Assembly: GCF_006345805.1 (NCBI RefSeq)
Contig: NC_043015.1
Span: forward strand, 42,780,001-42,844,000
Origin: Octopus sinensis
Lineage: Eukaryota
DNA: 64,000 nt
Reading direction: 5' to 3'
Part shown: piece by piece, positions 37,418 through 64,000 of the stretch
Numbering within the stretch: position 1 is the stretch's first letter
Layout: the number at the start of each line of letters is the position of its first letter
The notes under the pieces: model-generated
Told to the model about the DNA's origin: nothing
Database searches by the model: none
Seen by the model: only the letters and a program-made list of their open reading frames with translations
Program-made: the position numbers and the translations under genes

Positions 37418-39383
37418 AGTAAATAAATATTTCTGAAATTTTACTCTTTGCTCATTTTCTATGCCATATCTTTTTTTTTTTTTGTTCCAATATTTTCGGT
37501 ATTAAAAATTTTGGAAAATTAACCTAACACTACCAGTGGCACTCAACCATGGTTCATATGATCTCTGGGGAACGAGTAGTCCATGTAAGATTTTTGGGGG
37601 GTCCACACAAGGAAAATAGTAAATTGGAGACCCACAGTAATATTTTAAGGGTCCATAAAAAGGAAATTTTGCAAAGAAATAGCTAGGATTCATTTTGTAA
37701 TGTTTTTACATACTTCAACATGTCTCCAGCCACTGGAAAAAAAAAGAGAATGTTCTTTCAGTGAGTGCAAATGCAAACCTATATAAATGAAAGACAAAAA
37801 TGGGAATTTTGAAAGAAGTAGCGATAGAACTAGTTTTTAAACATGGAATGGATATGTGGGTCCATCAAAATAAAATAGTCATCAATGGAGCCCATAAATA
37901 AAAAAAAAAAACATAGTTCAGTACCAGTGGTCTAAAGAGAGGTACACTTTAGCTATGAGTGTAAAACAGCAGAACAGGATGGAATGAAGCTTTGTATAAA
38001 ATTTTGAAGGCAGCAGAATATAAGCGCAGGCATAGCTGTAAAGTTAAGAAGCAAGCTTTACAACCTCTACATATCACCTTAGGCAGAGTCATCTCCCTTA
38101 GATCATTTTCAGTTAGGTCTATGTCGCTGTTGAAAACATCAGAAGGTGGTAGCATTCCTTGAGTTGGAAAATTTGGTATTCCATGTTTCTAACAGAAATT
38201 TCCTCTGATGAGGGCACTGAATAAACATCTCTTTTTTGGAGTTTAAAAAGGGTCTACATCAGACGAAATTCCTTTTAGAAATATGGAATTTCCCATTTGC
38301 TGACTAAAGAAATGCTACCACCTTCAGATGTCTTTGGCAGGTGTATGGACATAACTGGAACTAATCTAAGGGAGATAACTCCACCTCACTCAAAGGTTTT
38401 ACCAGTAAAGTTTCATTCCAGAATTTTTGTTTACAAACTGACCATAACGTTTCTCTCCCTCTAGTTGTAGAAAAGTTGTCTCTGGCCATTTGAGTCTGAT
38501 TAGTTGCCTGTATGGCTAAGCACTTTATAGGTGTGAAACCAATGGTCACTTTCTGGCTGGCCATAACAAATAACCTCATATATATATGTAAATATATATA
38601 GACGCACATAAATATATGTGGGTATGTTGATGGACCAGCGTCCCGTCCAGGTGGGGAACCTATACGCCAAGGAAACCGGGAAACCGGCCCTATGAGCCAG
38701 GTGTGGCTCGAGAAGGAATAACAACAACATCATAAAATATTTCCTTGGGTATAATTAAGTTTTTTGCCTTTTTGCATTCAGAAATATCCATTAAGTAATT
38801 AGCTTAGTTTTTTTTGTTTTTTTTTATGACAAAATATTTACATATGAAACTGATTAACCCTTTAGTGTTTAGTTCTGCCAAAATTAATCCTTTTTTTATC
38901 CACATTGTTTTGAACTAATCATTCATTAATCTTGTAGCTTTGAGATTTTGATGAGGTAGCTGTTAATTTTTAAAACGATAAATAGAATTGTTTCCGCTGC
39001 CACTGTCCTGTTACTGCAGGTGAGAAAACTCCTATGCTGACATGATGCACCTACCGTGTTTTAAAGGTTAATTAGAGCAGAGTGCGTGCTAAAGGTTTAG
39101 CTTAACTCCATACCAAGAGTTTGGCAGAGTAACCTTTTAGCATTCAAATTACTCTGCCAAATCTAATGCTTATTTATTCAAACTATTTTGAAAAATTAAA
39201 AATTATCCATTATCTCTTGACAGTTCAATGATGTGATTTTCAATTAATTTTTAAACTAACGAAGAATTCAGTAAAATAATTGCTGCTATTAAGTTGTTAT
39301 TTGGAATATAAATCAAATTAAAATTTTGAAGGAAGCTTTTCATTGAAATCACTTCAAAATAAAAAAAATTGTGTCAAAAAAAA

Positions 39384-39790
39384 TGCGCAGGAGTGGCTGT
39401 GTGGTAAGTAGCTTGCTAACCAACCACATGGTTCCGGGTTCAGTCCCACTGCGTGGCATCTTGGGCAAGTGTCTTCTGCTATAGCCCCGGGCCGACCAAT
39501 TCCTTGTGAGTGGATTTGGTAGATGGAAACTGAAAGAAGCCTGTCGTATATATGTATATATATGTGTATGTGTGTTTGTGTGCGTGTGTTTGTCCCCCTA
39601 GCATTGCTTGACAACCGATGCTGGTGTGTTTACGTCCCCGTTACTTAGCGGTTCGGCAAAAGAGACCGATAGAATAAGTACTGGGCTTACAAAGAATAAG
39701 TCCTGGGGTCGATTTGCTCGACTAAAAGTGGTACTCCAGCATGGCTGCAGTCAAATGACTGAAACAAGTAAAAGAGTAAAAGAGAGAGAG
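39384..39790 (+). mobile_element. SINE family A, full length
   Basis: Same consensus. Confidence 0.88.
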
Positions 39791-40243
39791 TATGGAACCA
39801 AGGTCAGCGTCAAAATTATATCAGTTTGCTCACGCTTAACCCTTTCGTTACTGTATTTATTTTGAGATGCTCTGTTTCTTTCAATTACTTTAAATATAAC
39901 ACAGAATTTAGTAAAATAACTTAGTTATCATGAAGCTAGTGTTAGGAACATAAATTGTGATTAAAGTTTAGTGGAAGATTTTAATTCAAAACTTATGAAA
40001 ACAAGACATTTGTACTACAGAGCCAGAGGTGGTTTCAGCCAGGTTGGTAACGAAAGGGTTAATAATAAATATAAACACAATTATTTATACATACAAATAT
40101 TTTGGAAGATTTTTTTCTTTTTTCCTTCTTTATTTTCATTTGTTACAAATATAAAAAAGCAAGACGGAAATGATAAAATAAAAATAAAATATCTGTATAT
40201 ATATCTGTATATATATGCGTATATATGTGAGGGTGTGTGTTTG

Positions 40244-40282
<39 letters not shown>

Positions 40283-43200
40283 ATGTGTATGCATATGTAT
40301 GTGTGTATATATATATATATATATGTGTGTGTGTATGCATATGTATGTGTAGGGTGTGTATATGTGTGTGTGTGTGTGTGTGTATGCATATGTATGTGGA
40401 GGGTGTGTATGTGTGTGTGTGTGTGTGTATGCATATGTATGTGTAGGGTGTGTGTGTGTGTATATATATATACACATTTATGTGTATATGTACACACATC
40501 ATCATCATCCAGTGTTTTAAATCCAGGTTTTGTCCCCATTAACGGGTTTGGCTGGATCTACCTCACTGCCATAGCAACTGAGGAAGGCAGGTGCAGCCCA
40601 CCCCAACCTTTGGACTGGCTGGTACATATTCTCCTTTGCTATCATGAGGCGTTTTTGGAGCTGGATTTTCTACGGGGTGCATGCCCTCACTTACTTATCC
40701 CCAACCTCAGTTTCTAGACATGAGTGGTCCCCGAGACCAAGGCCTCTACCACGATTTTTAAGAAATGGGGTGGGAAACAGGTAAATATTTGAGTACATGT
40801 GTGTGTATATATATATATATGCATGTGTGTGTGTGTGTGTGTGCGTGCGTATACTCTGATGTGTCAGATGTAGTGTGCGTAAACATGTGTATTAAAACAA
40901 TACATAATACTTAAAAAAATACATGCTTTTTCAAAAACACTTGCCAAAGAATATACAATGGTTTGAAAAATTTCATTCTTTTACTAGTTTCGGACATTAG
41001 ACTGTGGTTCTGTGTGTGGAGGGGGTTGGAGTTGGAGTGGGGGGTGGGGTTGGAACCATATAAAAGATGGAACAAAAGAGTACTGCGTTAGTATTAGAAC
41101 ACAGAGCAGGAGACAGAAAACTATACATAGATGCAGACATTAGGTGTGTGGTCAAGGAGTTTGTTAACATCTGTTATGAACCGGGTTCAATATCACGGCC
41201 CAGCACCTGGGGTAAAAAAAAATCACCTGGCATGGTTTGACGAGTAGACTAATACGTGACGGGTGAAACGTGACTGTGTGGATGCCTGTCAAATTTCATC
41301 ATCATTTGACATGAATTTTTTTTTTTTTTGTTGTGTTGGCATGGATTGGACAGTTTGACAGGACTTGGCAAGCTGCGGGACTGTGCAGAGCTCCACTGCC
41401 AGTTTTGGTACAGTTTCTATGGCTGGATGTCCTTCCTGATGCCAAACACTTTACAGTGCGGACTGGGTGCTTTTTACATGGCACCTGCATTAGTGAGGTT
41501 GCCAGGTAACTCACAAAGGAACAGAAAGGAATAAGAGAAAATAAACAGAGAGAGAATAAAAAAAAACTTCTAGATTTAAGATGAAAAGAAGAAGAAAGGG
41601 AGAGAGAGAAAGGCAAAGTAACAAAATATGGAGTATGAAAAAAACCAAGTTCAAAAATGTTCAAACATGGTATATTCGAGCGATTTTTCATCAAGGGAAG
41701 AGTCCAGTGAAATCCGCAGGTCAAAGCAGGATAAGACTGGGGTGACCACATGAGCATATAATATATAGTTGAAATTTACAGAAAGACAAAAGACAAAGAC
41801 AGGTGTATGAACAACAAGCAGGTGTATTAGTTTGATGAAGAGAAGTAACTCTGACTAGCATAGACAAATAAAGGTATATGAAATGGCACACCACATAAAT
41901 TCTTGATTCACTAAAATTATTTATGCTTCCAGAGAAGGTAAAACAATCACTGGGACCAACTCCAAATGAGATGAAGCAATAACCTCAAGAACTGGGAAGT
42001 CTCCAAACTTGATCATTTTACTAAGTACGTTTTTCTTAATTTTTACAAGACAAAATTTGACGATGACATCAAAGTTTTGGTGGGACTGAACCCGGAACCA
42101 TGTGGTTGGTAAGCAAGCTACTTACCACACAGCCACTCCTGTGCCTATTGACTGGAATATTTATAAAAATTCAATCCATACCATGTTAAATGATTGGATA
42201 GATAGATAGATGGATTGATCGATAAGATGGATGGATGGATGGATTGATCAATACATGTATCGATCGATAGATGGATAGATAGATAAGACACATAGGCAGG
42301 TAGATATATACATACATGCACATATGTAAAATTATTTTAAAAAAGCATTAAAAATATTAAAAAAAAAACAATATAAGAACACGATTGCAGTGTGGAAAGT
42401 GTTTATAAGCCTTGTAAACACCTTCCACGCTGCAATTGTTTTCGTTCCAGCACACGATCTCAGTTCAGGTCACTTGCTATGCAAGTACATCTCCGTAAAA
42501 ATATAAGAACAATGTATGACAAATACAGTGATCAGTTTAATGCTAGAAAATTTGTGATAGATATGGAGTGTTTTAACATTTCGGACATTAGTCCTTTTCC
42601 AGAAAGAAAAGGAGAGAGAGAAACAGACAGCCAGAGACAGAGAGACCGCCAGTGTGTGCCAAAAGTAAGAATAAAAAATAATTTTAAAATTAATGAATAA
42701 AAGTATTTATTGACCAGGACATGGTCAATAAATGAGAATGTTGAACAAAAATACCTTGTGGTATTCAGTCCACCAAGCTGGGTCCCTTAGGTGGACTTCA
42801 ATAGAGATCGATAAGACAAGGACTGTAAGAAAGTTTTGGGAGTGGAGGTGAGAGGGAATGGGTGGCAAATTTCACAAAAACCTTTGGAGACAAAAGCTCC
42901 AGTATGACCACAGTCCAGTGTCTGAAAACTGCGAGGAAATAAAAGTAAATGAATACAAACAAAACAGAGTCTAATTAGGAAGCTTAATGAAGCCCACTTT
43001 CAATTAAGCTCGTTAGGAAACACATCTGTGTGATTGTGCATGCATGTGTGTTTGTGTATCCGTTTCTACTCTAGGCACAAGGCCCAAGATTTTGTGGGAG
43101 AGGGCCAGTCAATTAGATCGACCCCAGTATGCAACTGGTACTTTATTTATCGACCCTGAAAGGATGAAAGGCAAAGTCGACCTCGGTGGAATTTGAACTC

Positions 43201-43480
43201 GGAACATAAAACAGACGAAATACCACTAAGCATTTCGCCCGGCGTGCTAACGTTTCCCCCATCTCGCTGTCTTACGTTTGTGTATTATGGTATATATGTG
43301 TATGTGTGTATGCATGTACGTATGAGTATGTATATGCATGTATGTATATGTGCATATATATGTATGTGTGTGTGTGTGCATGCTCACACATAGGAAGTGT
43401 ATATATTACATATATAAAAAATAAAAGTACATGCTGGTAGCTGGTGTGAAGTGAACTGCAAACAAACAAACGAAGAACAC

Positions 43481-62994
<19,514 letters not shown>

Positions 62995-63095
62995 CTGGAA
63001 TAACGGAAGAGAACAACAGATCAACGGAATTGGAACGGTATCGGCGAAATTACTATGAAGGCAATTTGTCATGTTTAAAGTGCAGGCTAAGTAGT

Positions 63096-63145
<50 letters not shown>

Positions 63146-63335
63146 AAAAGAGATGTACTATCTAGTTTCAGCTCACGAGCTGTGGCCATGCTGGGGCACC
63201 ACCATTCAGTGTTGCTACATGATTTTACTTCACGAATGCTTTTTAGCAACTGCCATTTGGTGCGTGAGAGAGTTCGATGCAGCTGCCCTCATCTGCACCT
63301 CCTGCCGTGAAGTTGGTTCATCTGGGACACCTGAC

Positions 63336-63645
63336 AAGGACAAGATACTGTGATAGCCTGGGCTTCAGAGGTCCACAGCTCTTCAATATCCTCCCGAAGG
63401 ACCTGAGAGACCTGCATGGGGTGGATGCAGATGTCTTTAAAATAAAACTGGACCTCTTCCTGTCAGGTGTCCCAGATGAACCAACTTCACGGCAGGAGGT
63501 GCACATGAGGGCAGCTGCATCGAACTCTCTCATGCACCAAATAGCAATTGCTAAAATTCATTCGTGAAGTAAAATCATGTAGCAACACTGAATGGCGGGG
63601 CCCCAGCATGGCCACAGCTCGTGAGCTGAAACTAGATAAAATATA
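63336..63645 (+). mobile_element. Non-LTR retrotransposon 3' end (CR1/L2/Jockey supergroup), preceded by an inverted copy of its own 3' end at 63158-63335
   Basis: Translates GPQLFNILPKDLRDL...FKIKLDLFLSGVPDEP...RAAASNSLMHQ, typical of an ORF2 C-terminus; A-rich tail. Confidence 0.75.
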
Positions 63646-64000
63646 AAAAATATATACTTGAATGTGTGTGTGTGCTGACGATTCCGTCAGTTTATCACCT
63701 TAATTACAAATTCTAATTTTAGTATCAGGCAATCAAGTTTTGGGGTGGGGGTAGTTGATACTATTGACTCCAATACTTTAGAGGTACTTAATTTTTTGAG
63801 TGGTACTTTATTATTATTTTAATCCGACAGGATGAAATGCTAAGTTGATAATGGGCTGCATGCGAAATTTTTTTTCCCACGAGAGTTCCGGACCCCAGTA
63901 ATGAACTACTTTGCATACAGCCAATCAGAGTTCACCTTGACCTTGTTGTCAAGTTAACAAACACAAACTACCAAGTAAACTCAAGAAGAAGAATGGTGTT

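Noticed and set aside
39971-40717. 248-aa ORF and overlapping minus-strand ORFs
   Set aside because: Built on TA/TG/TATG microsatellites; low-complexity Y/I/C/V/H/T runs with no domain.
63000-64000. LRRC40 first exon
   Set aside because: I found no segment encoding the expected N-terminal ARKSGQLNLS-like motif with a phase-1 donor; it probably lies beyond the window.

Overview
AT-rich eukaryotic genomic DNA dense in microsatellites and SINEs. I infer a coleoid cephalopod, most likely Octopus, from the repeat families and simple-repeat load; this is not proven. Two convergent spliced genes can be built by hand with canonical GT-AG junctions and consistent phases. (1) A + strand gene with three coding exons (8892-9086, 35123-35220, 36544-36748) encodes a ~165-aa four-EF-hand calmodulin-like protein with a degenerate N-lobe and a 26-kb first intron. 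(2) LRRC40 on the - strand has 13 coding exons from 62994 down to the stop at 43481; its first exon appears to lie beyond the window. The rest is non-coding: several tRNA-derived SINE families, 5'-truncated CR1-group and RTE LINE fragments, non-autonomous DNA transposons (GG-ended with 8-bp TSDs, Tc1/mariner- and pogo-like, one Helitron), fold-back elements, two minisatellites and many simple repeats. Almost all ORFs in the supplied track are microsatellite or antisense artefacts. The most notable observations are: a tRNA-headed SINE-like element whose tail carries a minimal Penelope-type hammerhead ribozyme and inserts with an inverted tail copy; a second hammerhead-like family; a 240-nt G:U-rich hairpin just downstream of the EF-hand stop codon; a candidate 10-nt LRRC40 micro-exon that would switch into an alternative frame open across the last two exons; and a LINE 3' end shared with the commonest SINE. 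All coordinates were read by eye. Exon boundaries were checked base by base; repeat boundaries are approximate.
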